The notes under the pieces are model-generated. The model saw only the letters and a program-made list of their open reading frames with translations. It searched no databases and had not been told where the DNA came from. DNA of 32,108 nucleotides from Dimargaris cristalligena (Eukaryota): the NCBI GenBank assembly GCA_003614675.1, contig ML002427.1, positions 1-32,108 of the forward strand. The letters are read 5' to 3'. Position 1 is the first letter of the stretch; the number at the start of each line of letters is the position of its first letter. This document shows positions 8,179-20,607 of this stretch, in pieces. The position numbers and the translations under genes were made by a program.

Positions 8179-11100
8179 TTAATACCCCAGTGCTTGCAGC
8201 CGTTTCTTAATTTCCTGGGCTTTGGCACAGGTTTGCACAATCATGAACTGCTCGTTTTCCAAATCCCGCTGGAGGTTGGAGGAGGTGTGCGGCTCGATTT
8301 CCTTCTCCACTGCCACGGGGATAGTTTCGGGTTGGCTGGTAGTAAGGGGGGTACCTTTCAAAGAAAATGACTTGCGGGATCGAGTAGGCAACCCGTAGGT
8401 GTCTAGGGCCGAGAAGGGCGAGTCGGCTGGGGAGGTGGTTGCACTGTGACTGCCGTCCGGTCGGTTGAGACCTAGCAAGCCGCCTGGTGTCCCCGGCGGA
8501 GGGGGGGATTTGAAACTGAAGCTGCGCTGTGACTGGTGTTTTGGTGGGGTGGATCCCTGCTTCAGAGTATGTAGCGCCTCTTCTAAACGCTCGGCCTTGA
8601 TTTCCAGACCCTGGTTGTCCCGTATGAGTTTATCCATCCGCTTGAGTTCGTCGTAGTAATTGCGCTCTTCGGGGGTAAGGATAGGCTGGTTGATCTCGGT
8701 GAGTTTCTGCAGTAGCCGATCGTACCGGTTCGCTAAATCGGTCTGGGTCTGTCGGAGGTGCTTAAGTTTAGTCAGGGTCTGCGTTTGTTTGTGAATCAGA
8801 TGGTTGTGCAACTCGTCGGTTTTTTGGGCAACAACATGGGCCTGGCGATCGTGCTCCTGTACCTGAAGAGCAAGCCTGGGGAGCAGTGTACAAGGATCGA
8901 ATATAAATAATCACTAGGGTTAGTACCACTGATTGATAACAAAAAAAAAACGGGACCAAGACTAATTTTAAGAGACTGTACGTTTTATCATAAATATAGA
9001 TGATGCGGTGCAATAGTCCAGCCGGGTCCCGTAAGGCGAGTCCAGTTTAACCCATCAACCGCATTCAAAAGTACTTACCGCTCCTGTATCATGGCATCAG
9101 TGACACCAATATTGGCCACCTGGTTCATCAATTCGGTCACGCAATCACCGAAATACTTGACATTGTCTTCGGTCAGTTCCACCCCGATGATTTTGCGGTT
9201 ACCCAGTTCGCTTTGGCCGTCCACCAGAACCGTGGTGGGTTTACGGGCCTGGCGATCTAGTTCGGGGGGCACCGTGAAGGCGGGTAGAGGCAGTTTGGGC
9301 AAATACTTGACGCCGTCCAGGCCCGGGCACTGGGAAGTTGGTTCGCCGGTCCTGGTGGTGTTTTCACCGGTCGCGGAACGCAACAGTGACCCGGGCATAT
9401 CGGCCATATCCATAAGGGACTCGTAGCGAATGCTTAACTCCAGTCCGACAAACTCCCGGCTGCGCGTCATCATGCCTAACGCGTAGGACAGATATACGTC
9501 ATTGAAGGCCAGCAGCCCGGTGATGGGCACCCCCAAACTCGTAGGCAAGGGCTGGGTGCACACGACCCAGTCGACATTGGACAATATGTCCCGGTTTACT
9601 AGCGCTGGGTCGAGTTGGTGGTTGGGATTGGGGTCGGTGGTTAGCGCAGCAGTGGTACTAGGGTCAACGACCTCCGTCGATTTCCGACCCAGTGGGGAAT
9701 CGGGTGGTGCACCGGGTTCAGTGGAGTCTTCGGAATACGCCGCATGACACAGTCGGCGGTACCACTTTTCGATATCGATACTGTGGACCCCCTGTTGGTG
9801 GTAGGCATAGACGGTATGGATATATAGTGGATCCGCCACTAGGGTCACATGGCTGTTAGTGGGGTTATCGTCGTCCTGGTCGATTGTGTCCGCCACAGAG
9901 GCGGAGATGGAGGCGCCTGACCCCGAAGGTTGGGACGAAACGTCCAGGGGATTTCGGGCCAGGGCCGTGACTGGGGCCAGCGGAGGGGCCGTTTCCAACC
10001 CCAGGTCAATCGACTCGTAGGATACAAGCACGGGCAGTTTGCCGCCCAGCAAAAAGGTGCCATCCGCTATGCTATCCATGGCCCACTGGGGCACGACCGG
10101 CTGCAACTGGAGATAAAGGTCGATTTGGCCGTGTTCAAATGCCACTGCAAGCGCGCCGAACGGCTGAACATCGAGGCACAGAATACTACAGGCGCTGGGG
10201 CTGTGGTCCACTAGTTCCGGGGGGGCCGGCTGGAGAAGGTAGGGTCCGACGGGAAGGGGTTTCATACGGACGAAAGGCCAAGTGACCCGAACCATTTCGG
10301 TATCGGCGGAAGACGAAGGGGATTCCGCCGTCGCGGGCTTGGGGGACCGTATGCTGGCGGAGACGGCGGTATCTTCCAGGCGGGCCAGCCACTGTTTAGT
10401 ATAGAGTAACTGGGTCGGGTGGATGAGGGGGGTGCTAGGCCCGGTGGTGGATACGAAATTCCCGTAGCCATCGACTTCGGTCAGGGCGGAGTGGGATTCA
10501 AACAGCATTCGGATATTTAAGGACATGGTGTCAAGCAGGGAGCGGGGGCAAATGGACTCATGCGGCATGTAGGGGGCCAATGAGTAAATATCGCCGTTCT
10601 TCATAAGCACATACACGGTGAAGACCGACCAGCTCGGTTTGGTAGACCCGGCGAGGTGACCAGAGGGGATGGGCCGTGTAAGGGCAGTCAGCTCTGAACT
10701 GTGGCCTAAGCAAAAATCGGCTGCCTCGTGGGTGTCCAGATCCGCCCCGAAGGCGTGGTAGGAGCCCGTGCGACGGGGGGGAGTGCGACGACTGCGCGTA
10801 TCGGCGGTACTAAAGTGATGGGTCTGTTCGGGCCGCTCCAGGCTCTTGACGACGTTGAACATGCGCAAGACGCCGTCGGTACCCAACACCATCAGATGGA
10901 CGTGGTTGCTACTAAGCGGGTGCCAGTGGATACGCGTTAGACCGTTGGAGAAGCGGGGATTATAGAGCGTGGGCGCTAGGGCGAAACCCTGGCAACGTAA
11001 AATGTCACCTTGGTCGTAGGCCGCCCCGGGGCGCGGTAGGCTGGCTACGGTAATTTGATATAGGCCCATGATGGCCAAGAACCGGCCCCCACTGTTGATG

Positions 11101-11708
11101 GCGATGGCCTGGATCGGGAAGGCGGGCTGGGTCACTCGCACCACCGCGTACGGGATCCGAGCGGCGCACTGCCGTAACCAATGGGTGTCAAAATCAACGT
11201 CGAGGCTTGCCTTGGGCTGGGTGGCGCCGGGTTCTGGACTTCCGTTTCCGGCGCGGGGGGTGGTCGTATTTTGGGCCTCTAGCCATTTCTGCTGTTGCGT
11301 TTCGTAGTTTGATAGTTCCTCCAACCAAACGTCTTTACACCGCTTGAGGTTCACGAGGCGGATTTCCACGCCCTGGACTACCACAAACAGGTCATGGCCG
11401 CGGAGGGCCAATGACCGGGTCGTGTAGCGTCCGAACCCGTCGGACTCGGCCCGCCACTGGGGTTGGTGCAGAAAGGCCAGGCCCTCGGTTAAGTCGCGGA
11501 GGGACGTTTCAAAGGACGGTGGGTCGGCAGCGGAAGCCGGGGCGGGTGCGGGTACGGTCTGGGGAGCGGATGAGACCGCGAGGCCGGCTAAGCTAATATC
11601 AAGGGCTAATGCGTCTGAATCGGGGTCCGTGGGTGGGGCGGAAGGGAGATCTGCCGTGAACACGGAGTGCTGGCCGAGCAGAGACAGCCAGCTGAGGTGA
11701 TCCGCCAT
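8179..11708 (-). CDS. NUP82: Nucleoporin Nup82/Nup88-like, 2 exons (11708-9079, 8875-8179), ~1108 aa
   Basis: Beta-propeller-type motifs (INSGGRFLAI, IHWHPLS..HLMVLGTDGVLRMFNV, WSVFTVYVLMKNGDIYSLAP) and a C-terminal coiled coil. GTAAGT donor, TACTAAC branch point and CAG acceptor join the two ORFs in frame. Confidence 0.82.
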
Positions 11709-12336
11709 TACGAGTCACTGATGGGGGAGAGCTTTCGGGGATGCGAGGGTCTCTGAATTAAGTATATAATAAAACGGAAGGTTTGGACGAGAAACGGGTG
11801 GAAAACGTGTACTGTGGATATGTAGGAAGGAATGTAACTCTGAACGGGGGGTGGAAGTTTAAAAATGCTAATGTGATTTAAAGGGGAGTGAATGCTGAGG
11901 CTTGCTCGACTGCCTTGGGAAAAACGGGAGGTTATACAGGTGGTGGCCTGGTGGAGTGGACAAGTAGTTTAAACAAAAACACACTCCGCTCTTTGCCAGG
12001 AGAAATCTGTACTTCTTATGAATAATGGAACCTAGGTTAGCCTAGCTGGCTCGCCTATGGAAATAATAAATGATAGTAGAGTATAGTATAGAGCATATAA
12101 CTGGGATCAACTGGCAGACACAAAGGTGATCAAAAAGGTTTAGCCTATCCGCTTTTTACTCTCTTGTATAATTAATCCAGGAATCTACCTGATGCTGTTG
12201 TATATATGTATAGATATATAGGAATGTATCAACAACAGAAGAACCTTATCAAATTAGAAAACCATTAGACCATATTTATTGGGTTTCGGGTTATTTGAAA
12301 GAAGCACGAAATCTGTGGAAAGGTGAGTCAAATGAC

Positions 12337-12360
12337 CACACACACACACACACACACACA
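12337..12360. repeat. (CA)12 microsatellite
   Basis: Perfect CA run. Confidence 0.95.
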
Positions 12361-12646
12361 AGCTAATCAGTCAGTGAGGGAAGAGAGGGGACGGAACAAC
12401 ATATCAAGCAATAGTAAAAAGGCGAAAGTATATATATAGATTTATATATAGAAAAAAATAACGAAAGAGTCCATGGTTTGCTCAACAGAAATATAAAAGG
12501 GAAGGAAAGGTAAGGTAAACAGGGTAAGGAGTAAAACAGGGGGTCGATTAGGCTACATAGGAGTTGCGTATGGGGAAGAGATCAGTGGATAGGCAATACT
12601 CACAAAGATGTGCCGTAAGAGCTTTGTCGCCACCGATCATAGCGAC

Positions 12647-14059
12647 TTAGTGGGTGTTAGGCTTGAGGTTGGAGGCATCGAAACCGGGCATGGGGAACTG
12701 AGTGGCGAAAGCCTCCACATCGGTGCGGAGCTGGGCCACCTCGGGACTGTCCTCGACAACCTTCAGGAAGTCCTTGAGCATGCGGCTACCGCACTGCTCC
12801 TGGGCCTTGAGACCAATCTGGACGGCACGGTGCAGGAACTCGGCGACCTTCACAAAGTCGGCCTCCTTGAAGGAGCGGGAGGTCAGGGCCGAAGTACCCA
12901 AACGCACACCACCGGGGGTGACGGCGCTCACGTCACCGTGGACGGCGTTCTTGTTGAGGGTGATGTTGGCCAGATCGCACAGCTTCTCGACCTTGCTGCC
13001 GGTGAACCGCTGGGGACGGAGATCCCAGAGCACGGAGTGGTTGTCGGTACCCCCGGTGACGAGCTTGTAGCCATAGCCGGTCAGGGCCTCGCCCAGTGTA
13101 CGGGCGTTGGCACGGACCTGCTTAGCGTAGGCCACGAATTCGGGGGAGGCCGCCTGCTTGAGGGTCACAGCGACGGCGGCAATGGTGTTGTTGTGGGGAC
13201 CGCCCTGGCACGAGGGGAATACGGCCATGTTCACGCGGCCCTCCAGACCCTTGTTGCGGGCCTCGGTCGAGTTGCGGCGGAAGAAGATTAGACCGGCGCG
13301 GGGGCCGCGCAGGGTCTTGTGGGTGGTGGTGGTGACAATATCGCAGAACTCAAAAGGGTTGGCGGCCTCGTGGGTGGCAACCAAACCGCTAATGTGGGCC
13401 ATATCCATCATAAGGTAGGCGTCGTGCTCGTTGGCGACCTTGCGCAGACGGGCGTAATCCCACTCACGGGGGTAGGCGCTGGCACCGCAGATGAGCACCT
13501 TGGGGCGGAACAGCTTGGCGTTGGCCTCCAAGCGGTCGTAATCGATGTAGCCGGTGACGGGATCAACCTGATAAGGCATGGACTGGAAGTAGATGGACGA
13601 GGACGAGATCTTCTTCTTGGCGGTCTGGTAACCGTGGGTCAAGTGACCACCTGAAGGGAGGTCCAGGCCCATGATGCGGTCCTGGGGGCTGATCAGGGCG
13701 GTGAAGGCGGCGAAGTTGGCGGTACTGCCGGAGTAGGGCTGGACATTGACGCCCCATTCGGTAGGGTCCAGGTGGAAGGCCTCCAGAGCACGCTTCTGGC
13801 AGAGCAGTTCGATCTGGTCAATGTACTCGTTACCACCGTAGTAACGGGCGCCGGGCAGGCCCTCGGAGTACTTGTTGGTGAGACAGGTACCATTGGCCTC
13901 GATCACAGCCTGGGAGGTGAAGTTCTCGGAAGCAATGAGCTCGAGGCCGGAGAACTGGCGGTACTTCTCCTTCTCGACCAGGTCGTTGATCTCGGGATCA
14001 TAGTCGGCCAAAGGCACGTTCATGATGGAGTTGTAGGGCTCGACGGGGTGGGGAGACAT
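12647..14059 (-). CDS. SHM2: Serine hydroxymethyltransferase, probably cytosolic, 470 aa
   Basis: [43 protein letters not shown] (PLP lysine), QGGPHN. ATG at 14059 with no mitochondrial presequence. Confidence 0.97.
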   Translation of the reverse strand: MSPHPVEPYNSIMNVPLADYDPEINDLVEKEKYRQFSGLELIASENFTSQAVIEANGTCLTNKYSEGLPGARYYGGNEYIDQIELLCQKRALEAFHLDPTEWGVNVQPYSGSTANFAAFTALISPQDRIMGLDLPSGGHLTHGYQTAKKKISSSSIYFQSMPYQVDPVTGYIDYDRLEANAKLFRPKVLICGASAYPREWDYARLRKVANEHDAYLMMDMAHISGLVATHEAANPFEFCDIVTTTTHKTLRGPRAGLIFFRRNSTEARNKGLEGRVNMAVFPSCQGGPHNNTIAAVAVTLKQAASPEFVAYAKQVRANARTLGEALTGYGYKLVTGGTDNHSVLWDLRPQRFTGSKVEKLCDLANITLNKNAVHGDVSAVTPGGVRLGTSALTSRSFKEADFVKVAEFLHRAVQIGLKAQEQCGSRMLKDFLKVVEDSPEVAQLRTDVEAFATQFPMPGFDASNLKPNTH

Positions 14060-14945
14060 GGTGAGGACTGACTGACTTAGTAAGTGGGGTGGTACGGGAA
14101 AGTGGGGGAGGGACAAAGTGAGGAGTAAGGGCCGAGGGAAGTGGAGCTGGTATATAAATAATAAGCACTTGGCTGGTGTGGTGGTTACACGGCCAGGGTC
14201 CTCTCTCTTTGAGACTGCTTAATTCCCCTGTCCTTGGCTAGTGCTATATGATTTATTATAGGTGGTGAAAAAAAAACCTCCCACCCAGCGAGTGAATAAA
14301 AATCTTCCCACATTCACTAGTGACACATGAAACGCAGCCATTGGGCTTTTCCTTCGCTTAATACCTGCCAACCACTCATTCCCCTCCCCAACCATCGGCT
14401 AGTTGGGGCGCACGTTATATCAGCCGTGCCTTTGATTATGTGGCCGACGAACCCGATAAGGCAGGAAGGAGACACCACCCCATTAGCACCCATTCATCCA
14501 TTCACTGGCGATTAAAAGAGAGAGAGAGAGGGAGGGACCACTCGCTTTAATTATTGATCAATTCAAATGTCGCTTAATTTAATAACCCTCAGCCTGGTTA
14601 TTTCACCCTTTTAGGTGGCCGGAATTCCCTTTGCGAACTAAAATAGCTCTAGACTGTACGGCGGACTCGGTCCGGTCCGGGGCCTCCTCTGACTGCTGGT
14701 ATGGGTAGGGCGAGGAGGGTCTCGGATGACCCGTTTCCGGGCCGGGCTTCTGTCCTATTTTCACCACCAGGGCTCATAAAGCCTCGTCTACGGCCGGATA
14801 TATATATAGTCATATACGCTCTACTCCAAGTACTTTTTACCAGCGACACTGCCTCTATTTCCATGTAGCTGTTTTGCTAAACCCGTCTCCTTAGCACCAC
14901 TATCGATAGACCCTTCTCATGTTAATTTGGTTTAAACCGTTTGTC

Positions 14946-15903
14946 ATGAAGTCGCCCCTTACATCAGTGACGCTATTGGGACTTATGTTAACCCCCTATG
15001 CAGCCTGTCTCCCGTCTTCTATGGGCTATGACTGGGGGAACGTCATATCCGCGGTAGGAGACCAGGGCGTCCCAGATGCTCCCAGCCAGGTAAATAGAAT
15101 GTCCACTACGAATAAACCCGTCTAGCTAATGTGGCTCTATTTCCTTGTGATATGGTCGATTAATAGTGGTTATCATTGCTTTATTATATACTCTAATATA
15201 CCCCCCATTTGTTAATTGAACTGCCACAAAAAACATATCCGCTTGCCGTTAATTTGTTGCGCATGCATTAACTGCCTCCTGATTACGGGGGAGTATCGCT
15301 CCCTGGCTATAGAATCGCCCATTGACCACCACCTCTCCACAGAACAATGCCTATATCACGTTTCTGAGACTGAGCCTCGATAAACAGGAAGAGGCCGCGC
15401 CTATGCTTTATTCAGCATGGAAGAATGGCGGTGACCCGATTCCTGGACTGCTACCCGCGATTAAAAACGAGCTTACCAATCCATCGGACAGTGGAAGTAA
15501 GAGAGAGGCTGAAGCCGAGGCCATTCTCAAGGGCAATGTTCTGACCCCACTTATTATCCAGTTGGCCAAGCATAATGACCAGTACGGTTTGGACCGCCTG
15601 CATAACACTATCGGGCAGCATGCTGATATTGCCCTTGACTTCGGAACAGCCCTGTTTGCGGTCATGGTGCTCGAGTTTGCCACGGGCCCGTCTCTCGTTA
15701 AATTATACGAGGACGTGCTCCGAAATAATATCCGGTATGGATTTCCAGGTTGTGCTAGAGCCCTGGGATTTAACAAGGCGGCCGACTCGGGCAAATTCGG
15801 CGGGGTCCCGGCCGCCAACCCCGACATGCGAATCCCATGCCGGATTTTCGCCAAGTCAGACTACTGGGGAGCCGATCACTCGGACAGCCTGTCTCGTTGG
15901 TAA
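14946..15903 (+). CDS. Putative secreted orphan protein, exons 14946-15089 and 15313-15903 (~244 aa; 3' end uncertain)
   Basis: MKSPLTSVTLLGLMLTPYAAC|LP is signal-like. CAG|GTAAAT donor and TAG acceptor at 15312 join in phase 0. The stop overlaps another possible GTAAAT donor. Confidence 0.6.
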
Positions 15904-16392
15904 ATAGTATGGTTGTCCGGGCACCTTGTACCCCAACTCGGCGCATTGGACCGAGAAATTCCATCCGCCGCGACCCATTTTATTCTATTAGCCCCCCCTC
16001 GTCGCTTGAGCGCCTCTAGCCGTTAACTGATACCCCGGATGGGGCATCTTCTTTACGCCCGAAGTGCAATCTATTGAATAGTTCTAAATGCCCATTTAGT
16101 TATATGGCTTTTTAGGTGTTGCTTACTATTTCTATTGAGGTTACACTCCCAGCTGTAAAATTAAATCCTTAACATATTATTTTTTATCTCTAAATTCCAA
16201 TGCGGCTAATGGGCCCCATATACCAAAGGGAAAGTATAAATATTGGACTAAACGGATAGAACAGCCCATGATCTCCTATATCGGTTGGGTTGTAGTTGAT
16301 CAGTCTTAGGATGTTTGGCATGGGTCCATATTCCTCCCGTTTTGTGGATGATAGGGATGGGATGGAGAGCTCGCTTGAACCCACGCCAGCAA

Positions 16393-16400
16393 ATCACGTG
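16393..16400. promoter_or_regulatory. RTCACGTG E-box (Cbf1-type) upstream of TFIIIA
   Basis: atcacgtg ~270 bp upstream of ATG 16673. Confidence 0.35.
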
Positions 16401-16672
16401 GCCTATTCATATAGCCCACTCTTCGCACACTGATTGATTTTTGCTTATGAACGGGAAAGGAAAATTTTGATTTTGGTTTTGATTTAGCCGACTTAGTTAG
16501 TCCAATTGCCCCTATGTTCCACACGTTTTATCATGAAGCAAAAGGACTGTAGCGCTTTAGGTCACTTTATAACCAACTCCTTCTAAACTCCCCCAACCTG
16601 GACCAGTCCACTGGGCTGTATAGGCCGTTCTTTTTATTATACTCCTGCACACATTACCTTGGCCTTTTCAAT

Positions 16673-18112
16673 ATGCGTGCCTTTCCCGCGCCACTCGACT
16701 CCCCGGAGACCCAATGCGTTGCGAGCCCCGTCAGACAGGGAGCGGACGACAGCGTTGAATGTCCGGCCCGCGAGTCAAAGCACGAGACTCCCGGACTACC
16801 CGTAGCCACCCCGCCCACAACACCGAGTGCGCCTGGCACTCCTTCCAACGGCGGCAAACGGCCCCGGCCCTACCTCTGTTCGTACGAGGACTGCGACCGC
16901 GCTTTTCACTGCCAAACCCTTCTTGACGACCATTTAAACACGCATACGGGCGCCTGCCCCTATGTATGTACCGAACCCGGCTGCTCCCGGGCCTTTAATA
17001 AGAAGCAGAACCTCAAGTACCACCTCTACAGCCACCTGCCCTACGAGGCCCGGCCCCTCGCATGCGACTTCCCCCATTGCCATTCACGCTTCTACGATGC
17101 CTGCTCACTGAGAAAACACCAGCGCATTCATACCGATCCCCAACCTTTCAAATGCCCCCAGGACGGCTGTTCCTTGGCTTTCACCAAGAAGTACCAGCTC
17201 ACCCGCCATGTCTCCGAACACACCGGCCAATTACCACACGGCTGCGACTTCCCGGGTTGCGGCCGTAGTTTCAAATACCCCAGCTACCTGCGCAAGCATA
17301 AGCTCGACCACGAAGGGCCCGATCGACCCCCCAAATACCCGTGTACCCAGGCCTACTGCGAACAGGGGTTTCCCAAATGGTCGGAGCTGCAGGCTCACCT
17401 GCGGGCGGACCATCCCCCCCAGTGTTCCGTTTGCCAGAGCACCTTCAAGTGTAAGCAGTCCCTTCGGCGACATGCGGAGACAGTCCATAACACCAACCAT
17501 TCCAAATTTCCGTGTCCCTGGGAGGGATGTACCAAACTATTACGTTCGGCCCAAACGCTCCGTAACCATATCCTGTGCGTACACGAGAAAACCAAACTGT
17601 TCGTTTGCCAGTTTGCGGACTGTGAAGTGGCATGGGGATCCAAAGGGTCTCTAGATAAACACTACCGTGAGTCCCACGGGGTTGAGAAACTTCACCGACG
17701 CAACGAGTTTCGCCCCATTCCCCCCGACGAGTTGGCCAAGACCACTCCCTCTACCCCCGCAGCCACTAACGAACCCGCTTCACCGGAACCTGACTCCACT
17801 ACTAAACGCCGGCGCCGGGCGTCATCAATGCCCAGTTCGAGCCCCACCACCCCGGCCAAGCGACCCAAGACACAGACCGCACTTCCGGCCCCCTCGACTA
17901 GCGAATTCCTTACTGGATACGACTTCCTGAATGTAGAAGTCACCAAGCGCAAATACGCCTGTCCTTTCGCTTACTGTACTCACGCGTATGTTCGCAAGGG
18001 CAACCTCGACTACCACTTAGCCTATCACCACGAATCAGACGTCGCGGCTATACCACTGAACGACAACGAGTTGGATGGTCAAGTAATCGAATCAACCCAA
18101 TATATATTTTAG
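16673..18112 (+). CDS. PZF1: Transcription factor IIIA-like C2H2 zinc-finger protein (9 tandem fingers + 1 distal finger), 479 aa
   Basis: Ten C2H2 fingers. Finger 6 FPKWSELQAHLRADHP followed by a short CxxC finger 7 resembles fungal TFIIIA. Confidence 0.8.
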   Translation: MRAFPAPLDSPETQCVASPVRQGADDSVECPARESKHETPGLPVATPPTTPSAPGTPSNGGKRPRPYLCSYEDCDRAFHCQTLLDDHLNTHTGACPYVCTEPGCSRAFNKKQNLKYHLYSHLPYEARPLACDFPHCHSRFYDACSLRKHQRIHTDPQPFKCPQDGCSLAFTKKYQLTRHVSEHTGQLPHGCDFPGCGRSFKYPSYLRKHKLDHEGPDRPPKYPCTQAYCEQGFPKWSELQAHLRADHPPQCSVCQSTFKCKQSLRRHAETVHNTNHSKFPCPWEGCTKLLRSAQTLRNHILCVHEKTKLFVCQFADCEVAWGSKGSLDKHYRESHGVEKLHRRNEFRPIPPDELAKTTPSTPAATNEPASPEPDSTTKRRRRASSMPSSSPTTPAKRPKTQTALPAPSTSEFLTGYDFLNVEVTKRKYACPFAYCTHAYVRKGNLDYHLAYHHESDVAAIPLNDNELDGQVIESTQYIF

Positions 18113-18999
18113 GAGGTATCGCTCCAGTGGAGGAAAAGATATGGTCGAATTAGATGGTAGTCCCTCCCCCCCGGTTCACCCTCGTAGTGTAGTTAGCCCA
18201 AAATGATGTTCTCTCCTAACGCTTATTTGTAAGATATCTCCACCTCCATTCATTTTTCCTCGCCTCCTCGCATTACATCCAATGTATCCTTCAAAATCGA
18301 ACCACCGTAGTTCTCCAACGCGGAGTTATTACACTCTATTGTTTTATTATTATTATTATTATTTATTTTGGAATTCGTTGTAATTGTTGACCCCCCCGTT
18401 CATTAAAGTTAAATTTTATTTAGAGATTCTGGCTGGGATCGGTTAAGATGTCCTGTAATATTATAACCTCGATTGGTTGATGGTATATTAGGAATTTGCC
18501 ATCATAATGTACCGCTCAACCGGCTCGTGGTCCATATCGAATGGTTAAAAATGTTGCTTCGAGGGTTAAAGGTTTACCACTTATGTGACAAGGGTGTGTG
18601 CAAATTTGTTACCTGTAAATAGCCTAGTTAGTTGAGCCAACGAGTTATCCAATCGATATTTACCAAGGGCCCATAATTCATTTCGTTATTCCCCCCTGTT
18701 TGGCCTGGAATTTCCCGCCCAATTCCAAATTAGTGCGCTCTCCTTTGGGAATATTTTTGACGGGTAATCACCCACTTTGGTTCGTTTTAATTGACCGGGA
18801 GTTCGCGGTCTCCAACCTCCCAGCCACCCAGGTATTTTCTAAATCCGCAGCGTTGGCAACCCCAGTTAAACTCGCTCTTCTTTGTGATCATCCAACGCAC
18901 AATTCCCATTCCCATTCACGGTCTTCTATTCTACTCCCCTAACCAGCTTCCCCCCCCCTTAATTCCTTCCTAGTCCCGCACCTCCACCATTCATTCACC

Positions 19000-19314
19000 A
19001 TGGCTGAACCTACCGCTTGGGATAAAATGAAGCTAGGTGCCCTCATGGGCGGCACAGTAGGACTGGGTCTCGGTGCGGTTTTCGGCATCGTCACTATTCT
19101 CCGCGTAGGCCCCGGCCCGAAGGGTTACCTCAGCACCATGGGCCAGTACATGCTGTCCTCCGCCGCCACCTTCGGCTTCTTCATGAGTATCGGGAGTGTG
19201 ATCCGCTCCGACGGTCAGTGGAACGAACCCCTGCCCGTTACTGCCGGTGGTATCACGGGCTCCCGTCGGTTGCCCATCCACATTCTCCCGAATGCCCGCC
19301 GGTCCCAACAATAG
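19000..19314 (+). CDS. MGR2: Mgr2/Romo1 family TIM23 subunit, 104 aa
   Basis: WDKMKLGALMGGTVG..G..FG...SAATFGFFMSIGSVIR signature. Confidence 0.95.
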   Translation: MAEPTAWDKMKLGALMGGTVGLGLGAVFGIVTILRVGPGPKGYLSTMGQYMLSSAATFGFFMSIGSVIRSDGQWNEPLPVTAGGITGSRRLPIHILPNARRSQQ

Positions 19315-19904
19315 ACCGCCTTTAGTCACTCGACTCCTGCGGCCACACAGTACCACCCCCGTCTCCCCTTTATATTACACCCCACCATCCACTTGATGCA
19401 TCAAGCGAACTTGATAACCAATTTATTCGAATCAGTAAAGGATATATCCATGTTCTAATCTCAAGTTCATTGGATACGGGAACCTCGTCCTAGGCGTTAA
19501 GCCACTACCGAAATCCAAATCAATTCAACGAACGTCCCGACCGTCACTGGCGGGGTTTCGACCCCACAGCTCATTAAGCCAAATGAAATTTATCCTTATC
19601 CAGACGTCATCTGCTGCGGTATAACTAATGGTATTTATAACGGGTAGGCGAGGTGTTGCTAGTTGTGTGTACATGGGCGTAAAAGTTACGTATTTTGAGA
19701 GAAAGACCAGGCGAAGGGATAACAGCAAATGGGGAAGGGGGGCGTGTATAAAGAAAAGAGCTTGCATTTGTGGCTGAATGGTCAAGAGCACTTGTGGAAG
19801 TGACAAGTGGCTGGAGTAGGAGTTGAATGGGCTCGGTAGGAGTAGGTGCGGACAATGGTCAAGGCTGTATGTAAGGTGTCGGGGTATGTGTCACTTGACG
19901 GTCG

Positions 19905-20607
19905 TTACCACACTAGGCTAACGGCCATTATGACGCAGGCCAGTGCCACGTAGGGACTAAGTCGCTCACCTAGAATTTATATAATGGGCCAGGTGAGTAT
20001 TGTATCAGTATAGTGATAGTAGATAGTTCTTGATTAATGCACGTCGGGTCATAAGGCGGAACTTAAAGAAAGTCGCTGATTATTGTCACCAAGTTGGGGT
20101 TATGAATAACATTCTAGTCAGCAGTCTGCGCCATAGGTAAAACTGGGGTAAGTGAATTATACTAGAGCCAGCTTGCTTACCTATACGAGCGGCTTTCCAA
20201 AAGAGACCAAGAAACCTGTAAAACAGTAGTGCAGGGGGGTCAGAGATTCGGGCATTAGATATTATTCGGCTAGGCAGACTGGCGGGACATGTGACCCACG
20301 GTCAGGCATACCGGCCCATTTGGCCACAAGGCCAGTGTAATGCCTCTGACATAGGAGAATGGAAACCTGGATGTCTATATATTTAGACACACGGATGAGG
20401 ATGGGGCGTAGTAGCGCTTGCCTAGGAATTAAGCAACCGGGTGGGAAATAGGCAACAGTTACTATCCGCAATGGTGCCAACGGCCATGACTTACCCTTGC
20501 TTATTGCGGTCGAGAAGGTACGGAAACTGGGCCCGAATGTACGCACAAGTGCATATGACCAGTAGAATGACGAGGAGTAGGCTTTGGAAATTAAAGAGGG
20601 CCGACAT
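19905..20607 (-). CDS. KSH1: Protein Kish (TMEM167/Ksh1), 3 exons (20607-20495, 20215-20181, 19969-19905), 70 aa
   Basis: Spliced product [70 protein letters not shown]; canonical GT-AG introns. Confidence 0.95.

Noticed and set aside
12608-14071. Long antisense ORFs over SHMT (similar ones over NIP7, RPL28, RPL16, MGR2)
   Set aside because: Typical antisense shadows of strongly codon-biased genes.
14617-14777. RNase MRP/P-like motifs (ggaattccct ... accagggctca)
   Set aside because: P4 pairing is imperfect and other conserved regions are not identifiable; kept only as an unassigned hairpin.
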